Shown piece after piece: positions 15,544-24,505 of a stretch of 32,000 bases of DNA. The translations under genes and the position numbers were made by a program. Positions within the stretch are counted from its first letter, which is position 1, and every line of letters starts with the position of its first letter. Origin of the DNA: Demequinaceae bacterium (GTDB lineage: Bacteria > Actinomycetota > Actinomycetes > Actinomycetales > Demequinaceae); NCBI GenBank assembly GCA_965250005.1, contig OZ252279.1, forward strand, positions 1,350,001 through 1,382,000, written 5' to 3'. Under the pieces are notes generated by a model. It saw only the letters and a program-made list of their open reading frames with translations, ran no database searches and was not told the origin of the DNA.

Positions 15544-15576
15544 ACGCATCGAGAAGTCCGGTCCCCGGGATGCCGT

Positions 15577-17418
15577 CTAACGGCCGTCTCGGTCCTCGAG
15601 TTGGCCGAGCATCGCGTTGTAAGAGCGCAACTCTGCGTCGTCGTCGCGGTCGGCCTTGCGATCGGAGCGCATGGCAACCTTGACATCGTCCCTTCGCCAC
15701 GCGGCGACGACGGCGATCGCGACCAAAAAGACCGGGATTTCGCCCAGCCCCCAGGCAATTTGGCCGCCAAATTGCTGATCCGTCAATGCATCGGAACCCC
15801 AATCACGTCCCATGAGCCCAAACCAGCGCGGTACCAGCAGCGCCGTAGAACTCATTAGCGCGATCCCGAAGAACGCATGAAACGCCATGGTCGCGAAGAG
15901 CAACACTAAGCGCATCGGGTACGCGGGGCGCCTAGGTCCCGGGTCAACGCCGATCAGCGCGTTGACAAAGAAGTAGCCCACCGCCACAAAGTGAACGGCC
16001 ATAGCAATGTGCCCGATGTGATTCTGCAGGACCCACTCGAAGACCGGCGTGTAGTAGAAGACGAACATCGAGCCGGCGAAGTTCACTGCGGCTACCACCG
16101 GGTTGGCGAGCGTCCGCAGCAGCCGCGACTCGAGAAACGCGCGCAGCCACTCGCGCGAGCCGCTCGATGCGTCCTCGCGGCCGGGAAGCGCGCGCAGGGC
16201 GAGCGTCACCGGGGCGCCAAACACCAAAGGAATCGGGACGACTGCCACGAGGATCATGTGCTGGATCATGTGGGATGAGAAACTCACAACGCCGTAGATT
16301 GCCGGTCCGCCCTGGGTCACCCACGCGAGGACGACGATCCCGCCGAGCCACGATGCGGTTCGAATCCAAGGCCATTCGTCACCGCGCGCGCGTAAGCGGC
16401 GCACCCACCGGATATACACGACGACCGCAACAGCGCACGCAAGCGCTGTCACGATCTCAATGCGCCAATGAGAGAACCACGTCGCGAACGTGGGCGAGGG
16501 CGGGAGCTGGTAGCCCGTGAGCATCCACGCGGGAGACGGGTCCGAGACAGGCACGAGCTCCACCGGAGGCGCGGTGTCAGACAGTACGACGGCGACGGCG
16601 ACAATCGCCACCAAGGCTCCAATGTCAACGAGTACGAATCGCCAGAAGCGCGCCTGGACTTCGGCCGCACTGAAGCGCGGCAGCACCGAACGCCGATACC
16701 AGGCCGCGAGCGCCACCACTCCTGCGAAAAGCGCGATTTTGAAGGTCAACAGGCGACCGTATTCGGTCTGAATGAGATTGCCAGCCGTCTCCAATCGCAC
16801 CACGCCATTCACAACGCCGGAGACGGCAATGAGGATCGCCGCCCAGCCCGCTACGCGTGAGGTCCGCGCGACCACGTCCGCCGTCAAGGTGCCTAACTTG
16901 CCCCGCACGGCAACGAGCAGCGCGATGACTCCAAGCCAGACGGCCGCGCCCACCAGGTGCAAGAACATCGCCGCCGTAGCCAGATGGTGGTCGTCGGCGC
17001 CAGCGGCGTGGCCAGTGATCGCCTGAGCCACGAATGCCCACGCAATCAAAACAAGCGACCATGCCGCGTGCGTCGGTGTGCGAATCAGCCCAACGACGAT
17101 CGAAGCGAGAACCGCGGCGATCGCGATCTGCAAGTAGGCCTGACCAAGCGGAATTCCGGTCAGAAACGCCCACGCTTCAGAGCCGAAAGTGGGTTCGCTC
17201 GGAGATCGCAAGGCAATCACCGAGTAGGCCGTGAGCATGAATGCGACAGCGGCTAGCGCCCAAGTTGCGGCTGCGAATCTCGTTACTGCCAGCGCTCGTT
17301 GCACGCTGGCGTGTCCGCGCGGCAAAACTACCGCGATGACTATCAAGCCTCCGCAGGCGATTGCAACCGCTAAGTCGCGGACAACTGCCGCCAGCGTGAG
17401 GAGAGTGCTAGCGGACAT
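15577..17418 (-). CDS. bifunctional CopD-domain copper resistance / cytochrome c oxidase assembly (caa3 CtaG-type) membrane protein
   Basis: 613 aa and polytopic. The C-terminal half contains 'FSSHMIQHMILVAVVPIPLVFGAPVTLALRAL', typical of CtaG-family proteins. The N-terminal half is CopD-like with multiple TM segments. Confidence 0.8.
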   Translation of the reverse strand: MSASTLLTLAAVVRDLAVAIACGGLIVIAVVLPRGHASVQRALAVTRFAAATWALAAVAFMLTAYSVIALRSPSEPTFGSEAWAFLTGIPLGQAYLQIAIAAVLASIVVGLIRTPTHAAWSLVLIAWAFVAQAITGHAAGADDHHLATAAMFLHLVGAAVWLGVIALLVAVRGKLGTLTADVVARTSRVAGWAAILIAVSGVVNGVVRLETAGNLIQTEYGRLLTFKIALFAGVVALAAWYRRSVLPRFSAAEVQARFWRFVLVDIGALVAIVAVAVVLSDTAPPVELVPVSDPSPAWMLTGYQLPPSPTFATWFSHWRIEIVTALACAVAVVVYIRWVRRLRARGDEWPWIRTASWLGGIVVLAWVTQGGPAIYGVVSFSSHMIQHMILVAVVPIPLVFGAPVTLALRALPGREDASSGSREWLRAFLESRLLRTLANPVVAAVNFAGSMFVFYYTPVFEWVLQNHIGHIAMAVHFVAVGYFFVNALIGVDPGPRRPAYPMRLVLLFATMAFHAFFGIALMSSTALLVPRWFGLMGRDWGSDALTDQQFGGQIAWGLGEIPVFLVAIAVVAAWRRDDVKVAMRSDRKADRDDDAELRSYNAMLGQLEDRDGR

Positions 17419-17474
17419 GCCGCCAGCCTACGCCCGGGCCCACACGCCCAAAACGGACGCCAGTCGCGCAGCAG

Positions 17475-18194
17475 CTACGCGCCGAACGCCCTGACGATTT
17501 CTGTGACCAACTGGGCGAGGACCACGACTGTGCCAATACTGATCGCGGCGACCGACAGCTTTGGATTGCTCGCGAGACCTGTCGCCGAGGCGTTGTACCC
17601 GCGCACGCCGAGCAGTGCTGCTCCAAGGGCTCCGACAAGCGACACCCAACCGGGCGACACCCATAAGCCCGCATCGGGGTACGCAAGGCTCACGCCAAAA
17701 GTGATGGCCATCGCCACGCCAAGAATGACCCCAAGTCTCGCGAAATCGTTTCCCTCATTGGTTGCGAGTTTGAAGCGCTTGAGTATTCGGTCCTCCTGGT
17801 CATCCTCCGACAACGCAAGAATCGACGGCGCCTCCATGACCGACGGCATCGCAAGAAACGGGTGGACGGCGCGCATGGACGGTTCGGCGATCAGTTCGCT
17901 CGCCTCGGCAATACGGACAAGGGCTACCGCACCTGCTTCGACCGCGAGCGGTGGAGAGTCGAGTGGGTCTTCCTTGCCTGGCATGAAGGTCCCGGTGTGA
18001 GGAGCGTCGGATGCGCGCGGGAGCTTGGGTGCCCTCTTCTTGGCTCGCTTCTTCGCGGGCTTGCGTTTGGGCGCCGGTTTGGGCTTCGCCGCAGCGGCGG
18101 GTTTCTTTGCGGCGGCCTTGGTCGTAGTCTTGGCGCGCGGTGCGGCGGAGGTCTTCGCGCGTCCCTGAGACTTCTCCCTCGGCCTGTCAGCCAT
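17475..18194 (-). CDS. membrane protein with Lys/Ala/Pro-rich (histone-tail-like) N-terminus and C-terminal TM segments
   Basis: 'AKTSAAPRAKTTTKAAAKKPAAAAKPKPAPKRKPAKKRAKKRAPK' is followed by an acidic linker and about 3 hydrophobic helices. It lies 56 bp upstream of CopD/CtaG on the same strand. Confidence 0.65.
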   Translation of the reverse strand: MADRPREKSQGRAKTSAAPRAKTTTKAAAKKPAAAAKPKPAPKRKPAKKRAKKRAPKLPRASDAPHTGTFMPGKEDPLDSPPLAVEAGAVALVRIAEASELIAEPSMRAVHPFLAMPSVMEAPSILALSEDDQEDRILKRFKLATNEGNDFARLGVILGVAMAITFGVSLAYPDAGLWVSPGWVSLVGALGAALLGVRGYNASATGLASNPKLSVAAISIGTVVVLAQLVTEIVRAFGA

Positions 18195-18338
18195 CGAGGC
18201 CTCCCTCGTGTTTCACGCGAAACCAAATGTTAGCGTGCCGCGCAAGTTTGCACGCGACGTACACTCGAAGTCTCTCACCGCTCCCTCGCAAACCGCGGAA
18301 ACGAATCGCGAGCGGGCCCTTGCTCCACGAAGGAACCC

Positions 18339-20108
18339 ATGACCTCGACTTTTGTTGCGCCAACCACCCGCCAGATCAAACTCATCGTCTTGGGTCTTGT
18401 CGTTGGGATGTTCCTCGCCGCGCTCGACCAGATGGTGGTGGCGACCGCGATCCGCACCATCGGTGACGATCTCAACGGCCTCACATTGCAGGCGTGGGTG
18501 ACCACGCTATACATGATCGCCGCAACAATTTCGACGCCTCTCTACGGCAAACTCTCCGATATGTACGGCCGCAAACCGCTCTACGTGGCCGCGCTGGGGC
18601 TATTCGTTCTTGGGTCGCTGCTGTGTGCGATCGCTGGCTCGATGTACGAACTTGCCGCCTACCGCGGAGTCCAGGGCCTGGGTGCTGGCGGCCTCATGGC
18701 ACTCGCCATCATGATCCTGGGCGATCTGTTGCCGCCGCGTGAGCGCACCAAGTACCAGGCTTCGTTCTTCGCCGTGTGGGGCCTCGCTTCCGTGCTGGGC
18801 CCCGTGGCCGGCGGCTTCTTCGCGGGTGCCGATACCATTCTTGGCCTCGACGGCTGGCGGTGGATATTCATGATCAACGTCCCGCTCGGTGCCGCCGCAC
18901 TGTTCCTCATCCTGCGGGTGCTCCACGTGCCACACATGGACCGCGGCCACCAGCGCGTTGACTGGGCCGGCGTGGGGGCTCTCGTGGTCGCGATCGCGCC
19001 ACTTCTGCTTGTGCTTGAGCGCGGCAACGACTGGGGTTGGACCACTGGCGCATCGCTCGGCCTCTTCGCGCTTTCCGCTCTCGGATTCTTATCGTTCTAC
19101 TTCATCGAGCGCGCAGTTGGCGAACACGCCCTGCTGCCATTGCGGATGTTCCAGGAAAGGACCGTCGCAGTTACGACGTCCGCCAACTTCATTATGGGAT
19201 TCGCGATGTTCGGCGGGCTTGCTGGCCTTCCGCTCTATCTGCAAATATCGCGCGGCATGACTCCGACGCAGGCAGGCTTGTCGATGCTGCCGTTCACGGG
19301 CGGGATCCTGCTGGTCGCCATAGCTGCAACCATCATCATTCGCAGGACGGGTCACTACAAATGGATTCCGGTAGGAGGCTTCATTCTGTTACTCGCGGGG
19401 ACGCTGCTTCTCTCGCGCGTCGAATACGACTCTCCGTTCAGCGGCGTGATCATCGCCGCGTCTATCTTTGGCGCGGGCCTGGGCGGAATCATGCAGCCGA
19501 TGCTCCTCGCCGTGCAAAACGCCCTTCCTGCGCGCGATAACGGCGCTGGCACAGCTTCCGTCATGTTCTTCCGTCAAATTGGCGGGTCGATCGGCACCGC
19601 CGTATTCCTGTCACTCATGTTCGCCAGCGTTCCCCAGTTCATCGGGGACGCATTCGAGGAGCGGTCTCAATCCGAGGCGTTCCAGGACGCCATCCATGAC
19701 CCTTCGGTGCTCTCGGACCCGGTCAACACGGCGGTTCTCGAAGCTGCGACCACAGGAGAGTTCGCGTCCGCCGACGCGCTGGGCGTTTCACTGGACGACA
19801 CCTCGTTCGTGCAAGAGATTCACCCCGAGCTAGCAGCGCCGTTCCAAATCGGCTTCGCTGACGCGATCGGCAAAGTGTTGACCATCTCTGCCGCATTTAT
19901 CTTGGTTGCGCTCGCGCTCGTGTTCTTCCTGCCGTCACTGCCCCTGAGCGAGAAATCGGGGCTCGAAAATATGCACGACGACGGCGCGAGATCGAAGGTC
20001 AAGAAGCCCGCGCGTTCCAAGGATCCCGCCGCTGTGAAGCTCTCCGCGCCTGTGTCCGCAAAACGAGGTTCGGGGAGCGAGCCGTCGCCGCAGAGCGGGC
20101 TGGACTGA
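18339..20108 (+). CDS. MFS transporter, DHA2 (EmrB/QacA, 14-TMS) drug-efflux type
   Basis: 'LDQMVVATAIRTIGDDL', 'LYGKLSDMYGRKPLY' and 'RGVQGLGAGGLMA' are motifs characteristic of DHA2. The protein is 589 aa with a basic Ser/Lys-rich C-terminal tail. Confidence 0.9.
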   Translation: MTSTFVAPTTRQIKLIVLGLVVGMFLAALDQMVVATAIRTIGDDLNGLTLQAWVTTLYMIAATISTPLYGKLSDMYGRKPLYVAALGLFVLGSLLCAIAGSMYELAAYRGVQGLGAGGLMALAIMILGDLLPPRERTKYQASFFAVWGLASVLGPVAGGFFAGADTILGLDGWRWIFMINVPLGAAALFLILRVLHVPHMDRGHQRVDWAGVGALVVAIAPLLLVLERGNDWGWTTGASLGLFALSALGFLSFYFIERAVGEHALLPLRMFQERTVAVTTSANFIMGFAMFGGLAGLPLYLQISRGMTPTQAGLSMLPFTGGILLVAIAATIIIRRTGHYKWIPVGGFILLLAGTLLLSRVEYDSPFSGVIIAASIFGAGLGGIMQPMLLAVQNALPARDNGAGTASVMFFRQIGGSIGTAVFLSLMFASVPQFIGDAFEERSQSEAFQDAIHDPSVLSDPVNTAVLEAATTGEFASADALGVSLDDTSFVQEIHPELAAPFQIGFADAIGKVLTISAAFILVALALVFFLPSLPLSEKSGLENMHDDGARSKVKKPARSKDPAAVKLSAPVSAKRGSGSEPSPQSGLD

Positions 20109-20137
20109 GTCGAATTGGTCGAACTCGAACGGACCGA

Positions 20138-20608
20138 CTAGAGTTCCGCGACCTTGTACAGAATCGCGTACCCGGAGTCAGGGTCTCCGCACGGGTAGAT
20201 CCACATCGCACCCCAGTAGCCAGGAGTATGTGAATCGGCAAACAACAACAAGTGCGTTGTGGCGACAGCATTGGGATAAGAAATCCGGACCGAGCCGCCA
20301 TCAACGCCACTGTTTCCGTGGGGGGCGTCGACGTCCCAACTGAAGTCCCGCCTGGGAGTCTCGGGATCATTGGCGTTGCCTTCGGAGCTGGAGCACCCCC
20401 AATCGCCGAAACCGCGCCGATCATAGCCCACAAGTTGGCCCGTGCCATCGGGCCGGACGATGATACGGTACGCCTGATTCTCTGTCTCCCAGATACCCGG
20501 AGAAAAATCCATGGGCTCCGTCGTAGCGTTGGGAAACCAAAGCGACGCGTGGCACCCCGCGAACGCGAAGGCGGCGACAAGAAGGAAGATCCGGAGTTTG
20601 TTGAACAT
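20138..20608 (-). CDS. small predicted lipoprotein of unknown function
   Basis: Start at ATG 20608 (MFNKLRIFLLVAAFAFAGC) gives a signal peptide with a lipobox. I recognise no family. Confidence 0.6.
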   Translation of the reverse strand: MFNKLRIFLLVAAFAFAGCHASLWFPNATTEPMDFSPGIWETENQAYRIIVRPDGTGQLVGYDRRGFGDWGCSSSEGNANDPETPRRDFSWDVDAPHGNSGVDGGSVRISYPNAVATTHLLLFADSHTPGYWGAMWIYPCGDPDSGYAILYKVAEL

Positions 20609-20814
20609 GTTCAGACGACGTGCTGGCACCGCGATGGGTTCCACAAGTCACGATGATCCTTCCGGGTACCCCCAATTGGGGAACCTTGGTGATGCGCGCC
20701 ATTGTGCTGAGCGGCTTCGCGTCCTCCCAGGCAGATAGCAACAGGCGCGTGCTGAGCCGTGAGCCGGAGACGCCCAAGAGCCACCGAAAGGGCCCCAGCG
20801 ACCTCCGCGGCGCA

Positions 20815-22251
20815 CTAGCTCCAGACGAGCGCCTTGGTCGGGTCACCCAGCACCGCGGCCACGTCTGCAAGCACGCGCGAACCGAGTTCGCCATCCACCA
20901 GGCGGTGGTCGAACGAGAGCGCGAGCTGCGTGACCCAGCGGGCCTTGACCTCGTCCTCGTGCACCCAGGGCTGCTTGCGGATGGCTCCGAACGCCAGGAT
21001 CGCGGCCTCGCCCGGGTTGAGAATCGGCGTACCGGTGTCGATGCCGAACACGCCCACGTTAGTAACCGTGATGGTGCCGTCACGCATCGCCCCCGGAGAC
21101 GTCGAACCGGCGCGCGCCTGAGCCGTGAGCTCGGCCAACTCGACGGCCAGCGTGTGAAGGTCGTAGCGGTGGGCATCCTTGACATTGGGAACGATGAGCC
21201 CGCGCGGGGTGGCCGCAGCGATTCCCAGGTTCACATAGTGCTTATAGATGATCTCCTGGCGCTCCTCGTCCCACGAGGCGTTGATCTCGGGGTGACGGCG
21301 CACAGCGAATAGCAGCGCCTTGCAAGCGATCAGAAGGGGGGTGACGCGAACGTCCGTGAATTCCTTGTCGACCTTGAGCTTCGCAACAAGTTCCATGGTC
21401 GCCGTCACGTCCAGCGTGTGGAAGACGGTCACGTGCGGCGCGGTGAACGCGCTCGAGACCATCGCCTCAGCCGTGCGCTTGCGGACCGAACGGACGGGCA
21501 CGCGCGTGAGGCGGCCATCGGCACTCACGACGCCCTGCTCCAGCCATGGGTGGTCATCGCCTTCATAGGTGGCGAGAGTCTTGGGCTGTGTGTCCTTGGA
21601 GTGCTGAAGCACGTCCTCGCGCGTCACGATGCCTCCCGGGCCTGAGGGCGAAATGGTTGACATGTCGATTCCTAGTTCGCGTGCGAGGCGCCTCACGGGA
21701 GGCTTGGCGAACACGGGGTGAGCCTGGTCGCCGGGGACGTCCTCGCCGACCGGCGATATGACCTCCACCTTCCGCGGGCGGCGCTTAGCTTCAGTGGACG
21801 TGACACCGTAGCCGACGAGCACGGCGCCGGATCCCTGGGAGGCGGGCTCGGGAACCGGAGCCTCCTGTACGGCTGCGGCGGCGTGTGCGCCGTACGTGGG
21901 CTGGCTCGGCGGCATGGGATCGACCGGTTGCTCGCGGCCACTGTCGACGCCGGCAGGTGTGGCCTGGGCCGGAGCTGCTGCGCTGGGAGCCGCCGGAGGC
22001 CCGTTGGGGTCAACGTCGATGACCACGATCGGGCTTCCAACGTTGACGGTGTCGCCCTCTGAGGCCGCGAGCTCCACCACCACGCCGTCGTACGGGCACG
22101 GTATCTCCACGAGCGATTTTGCGGTCTCAATCTCGACTAGCGGCTGGTTGGTCTCAACAGAATCGCCGACGGCTACGCGCCACGTGACGATGTCGGCCTC
22201 GGTCAGGCCTTCTCCCGCGTCGGGCATGTTGAACGTCTCGAAAGTAGGCAT
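20815..22251 (-). CDS. dihydrolipoamide acyltransferase E2 component of a 2-oxoacid (branched-chain type) dehydrogenase complex
   Basis: N-terminal lipoyl domain 'VEIETAKSLVEIPCPYDG', an Ala/Pro linker, an E1/E3-binding segment 'PPVRRLARELGIDMSTI' and a catalytic domain ending 'SFDHRLVDGELG'. Confidence 0.92.
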   Translation of the reverse strand: MPTFETFNMPDAGEGLTEADIVTWRVAVGDSVETNQPLVEIETAKSLVEIPCPYDGVVVELAASEGDTVNVGSPIVVIDVDPNGPPAAPSAAAPAQATPAGVDSGREQPVDPMPPSQPTYGAHAAAAVQEAPVPEPASQGSGAVLVGYGVTSTEAKRRPRKVEVISPVGEDVPGDQAHPVFAKPPVRRLARELGIDMSTISPSGPGGIVTREDVLQHSKDTQPKTLATYEGDDHPWLEQGVVSADGRLTRVPVRSVRKRTAEAMVSSAFTAPHVTVFHTLDVTATMELVAKLKVDKEFTDVRVTPLLIACKALLFAVRRHPEINASWDEERQEIIYKHYVNLGIAAATPRGLIVPNVKDAHRYDLHTLAVELAELTAQARAGSTSPGAMRDGTITVTNVGVFGIDTGTPILNPGEAAILAFGAIRKQPWVHEDEVKARWVTQLALSFDHRLVDGELGSRVLADVAAVLGDPTKALVWS

Positions 22252-22260
22252 GTCGTCCTT

Positions 22261-23253
22261 CTAGTGAACCATCACGCGGTCAATGGCATCGAGCACGCGG
22301 TCGATGTTGGGCAAATAGTCGTGTTCGAGTTTGGACACGGGGTAGGGCGTGTGGAACCCGCCAACGCGAAGCACGGGGGCCTCGAGGTGGAAGAAGGCTT
22401 CCTCGGTCACACGCGCGGCGACCTCGGCTCCCACACCGTACGTTGTGGGCGCCTCGTGGATGACGATGCACCGACTCGTCTTCTTTGCCGACCGGACCAC
22501 CGCAGCGGAATCGAGTGGGCTCAGCGACCGCAAGTCAATGACCTCGGCGCTCACGCCTTCGGTCTGAGCCACCTGGGCGGCTTCCAACGCGACCTTCACT
22601 GTCGGGCCATACGCCACGAGCGTGACGTCTTCGCCATTGCGCGCGGTGTGCGCGTGACCGATTCCCGCGGTGGCGGCGGACGCATCCCACAGCGCGTTCT
22701 CGTCTACTTCGCCCTTGTCCCAGTAGCGAGCCTTGGGTTCGAAAAAAATCACTGGGTCCGGGGAAGCGATGGCCTGCTGGATCATCAGGTACCCGTCCTG
22801 GGGCGTTGCGGGAGAAATCACCCGCAAGCCGGCGGTGTGGGTGAACAGCGCCTCCGGGCTCTCGCTGTGGTGCTCGATCGCGCCAATCCCCCCGGCGAAC
22901 GGGATGCGAATCACGACGGGAAGGTTGATGTGGCCCCCAGAGCGATAGTGCATCTTGGCCAGTTGAGTGGTGATTTGATTGAACGCCGGGAAAACGAATC
23001 CGTCGAACTGAATCTCACACACCGGGACGTAGCCGCCCATCGCGAGGCCGATCGCAGTGCCGACGATTCCAGACTCCGCGAGCGGAGTATCCACCACACG
23101 GTCGCCGCCGAAGTCCTTGTGGAGCCCGTCCGTGACACGAAATACGCCACCGAGCGGCCCAATATCCTCGCCCATCAGCAGAACCTTGGAGTCGCGCTCC
23201 AGAGATTTGCGCAGGCCAGCGTTGATTGCGCCAGCCAAGGTCATGGCGGTCAT
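22261..23253 (-). CDS. 2-oxoacid dehydrogenase E1 component, beta subunit
   Basis: 'MGEDIGPLGGVFRVTDGL...FGGDRVVDTPLAESGIVG' is a transketolase-like pyrimidine-binding domain. Start ATG 23253 overlaps the E1alpha stop (ATGA). The stop lies 9 nt before the E2 start. Confidence 0.92.
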   Translation of the reverse strand: MTAMTLAGAINAGLRKSLERDSKVLLMGEDIGPLGGVFRVTDGLHKDFGGDRVVDTPLAESGIVGTAIGLAMGGYVPVCEIQFDGFVFPAFNQITTQLAKMHYRSGGHINLPVVIRIPFAGGIGAIEHHSESPEALFTHTAGLRVISPATPQDGYLMIQQAIASPDPVIFFEPKARYWDKGEVDENALWDASAATAGIGHAHTARNGEDVTLVAYGPTVKVALEAAQVAQTEGVSAEVIDLRSLSPLDSAAVVRSAKKTSRCIVIHEAPTTYGVGAEVAARVTEEAFFHLEAPVLRVGGFHTPYPVSKLEHDYLPNIDRVLDAIDRVMVH

Positions 23254-24380
23254 CCCTGCGCCTCCACGTCCACAAAGGAACGCTGGAATCGCTCGAACCA
23301 AGCGCGCTCAGCGTCGATGGTCGCGTGCGGCTCCGCGTAGACGTTGTCGAACATGCTGAGAACGGGCGGTGCGCCTAGGGCTCGAATCTCGGAACGCGTC
23401 CGTTCTGCGATCGCCTTGCCCTCCGCCATGGCCTCGGCCCGGAAATCCTCGGGGAGTTCGCCCATCTTCATCAGGTACGTCTCTAGTCGCGCGACGGGAT
23501 CGCGCTCGGCCCAATACTGTTCCTCCGCCTTGGAGCGGTATCGCGTGGGATCGTCCGACGTCGTGTGCGCGGCCATGCGATACGTGAAAGCCTCAATGAA
23601 CGACGGCCCGTGCCCACTGCGCGCGCGATCAAGCGCAGCGCGAGACACGGCGTACGACGCGATGACGTCGTTGCCGTCAATCCGGATCCCGGGCATGCCC
23701 ACGCCGTCGGCGCGACGCGCGAGCGGCACCTTCGACTGTGTGGATGTAGGCACCGAGATGGCGAACTGGTTATTTTGGCAGAAGAAGACGATCGGAGCGT
23801 TGTTCACCGCCGCGAAGATAAGCGCTTCGTTGGTGTCGCCCTCCGATGTCGCGCCATCACCGAAGTAGCAGATGGTCGCGCGGTCGCGGGCGGGATCGCC
23901 TGTGCCCACATCGCCGTCGCGGTCCATCGCCATGGCCAACCCTGTCGCGTGAAGGGTCTGTGAGCCGATGACGAGCGAGTACATGTGGAAGTTGTGCTCG
24001 GCGGGAATCCACGAGCCGTGCTCGACGCCGCGGAAGACGCGAGGAATGCGCGCGAGGTCGACACCGCGGCGGTACGCCACGACGTGCTCGCGGTAGGACG
24101 GCACCACAAAGTCCTGGTCAGCAAGCGCGTGCGCAGATCCAGCCTGCGCGGCTTCCTGCCCTAGCGCGGAGACCCACAGGCCCAGTTCACCCTGGCGCTG
24201 GAGCGAAGTGGATTCGATGTCCCATGCCCGCACGATGACCATGTCTCGCCACATTTGACGCAGGTGCTCGGGGGTCAGCTCGTCCGCATACTGCTGGTAC
24301 TCGGAGTTCTCGACGCGCTCTCCCGTGTGGGTGAGCATACGTACGATTCCGTCGTCAGAGAGGGGGCCGTGGGACTCCAC
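23250..24380 (-). CDS. 2-oxoacid dehydrogenase E1 component, alpha subunit (TPP-dependent)
   Basis: TPP motif 'CYFGDGATSEGDTNEALIFAAVNNAPIVFFCQNNQFAIS'. GTG start 24380 is preceded by AGGAGG with a 5-nt spacer. Confidence 0.92.
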   Translation of the reverse strand: MESHGPLSDDGIVRMLTHTGERVENSEYQQYADELTPEHLRQMWRDMVIVRAWDIESTSLQRQGELGLWVSALGQEAAQAGSAHALADQDFVVPSYREHVVAYRRGVDLARIPRVFRGVEHGSWIPAEHNFHMYSLVIGSQTLHATGLAMAMDRDGDVGTGDPARDRATICYFGDGATSEGDTNEALIFAAVNNAPIVFFCQNNQFAISVPTSTQSKVPLARRADGVGMPGIRIDGNDVIASYAVSRAALDRARSGHGPSFIEAFTYRMAAHTTSDDPTRYRSKAEEQYWAERDPVARLETYLMKMGELPEDFRAEAMAEGKAIAERTRSEIRALGAPPVLSMFDNVYAEPHATIDAERAWFERFQRSFVDVEAQG

Positions 24381-24428
24381 TCTTACCTCCTAGCGGCTGC
24401 CACGCGGGCAGCGTCCGGTTCCACTAAC

Positions 24429-24457
24429 TTACGCTAGCGTAGGCTACGGTACCGTAA
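24429..24457. promoter_or_regulatory. two adjacent 14-bp palindromes of form TTACG-N4-CGTAA upstream of the E1alpha gene
   Basis: TTACGCTAGCGTAg lies at 24429-24442 and cTACGGTACCGTAA at 24444-24457. Each is 13/14 self-complementary. They sit 49-77 bp upstream of the GTG at 24380. Confidence 0.45.
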
Positions 24458-24505
24458 GTTTAGTCCCAAGTGAAGCGCTTGTGCAGTTTTTCCCGTGTCA
24501 AGTTC

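Noticed and set aside
15137-15576. Possibility that the DnaA-box cluster is the chromosomal origin oriC.
   Set aside because: There are no flanking dnaA/dnaN/rpmH/recF genes, no obvious AT-rich unwinding element and only five boxes. A secondary DnaA-binding cluster or an unrelated regulator site is more plausible.
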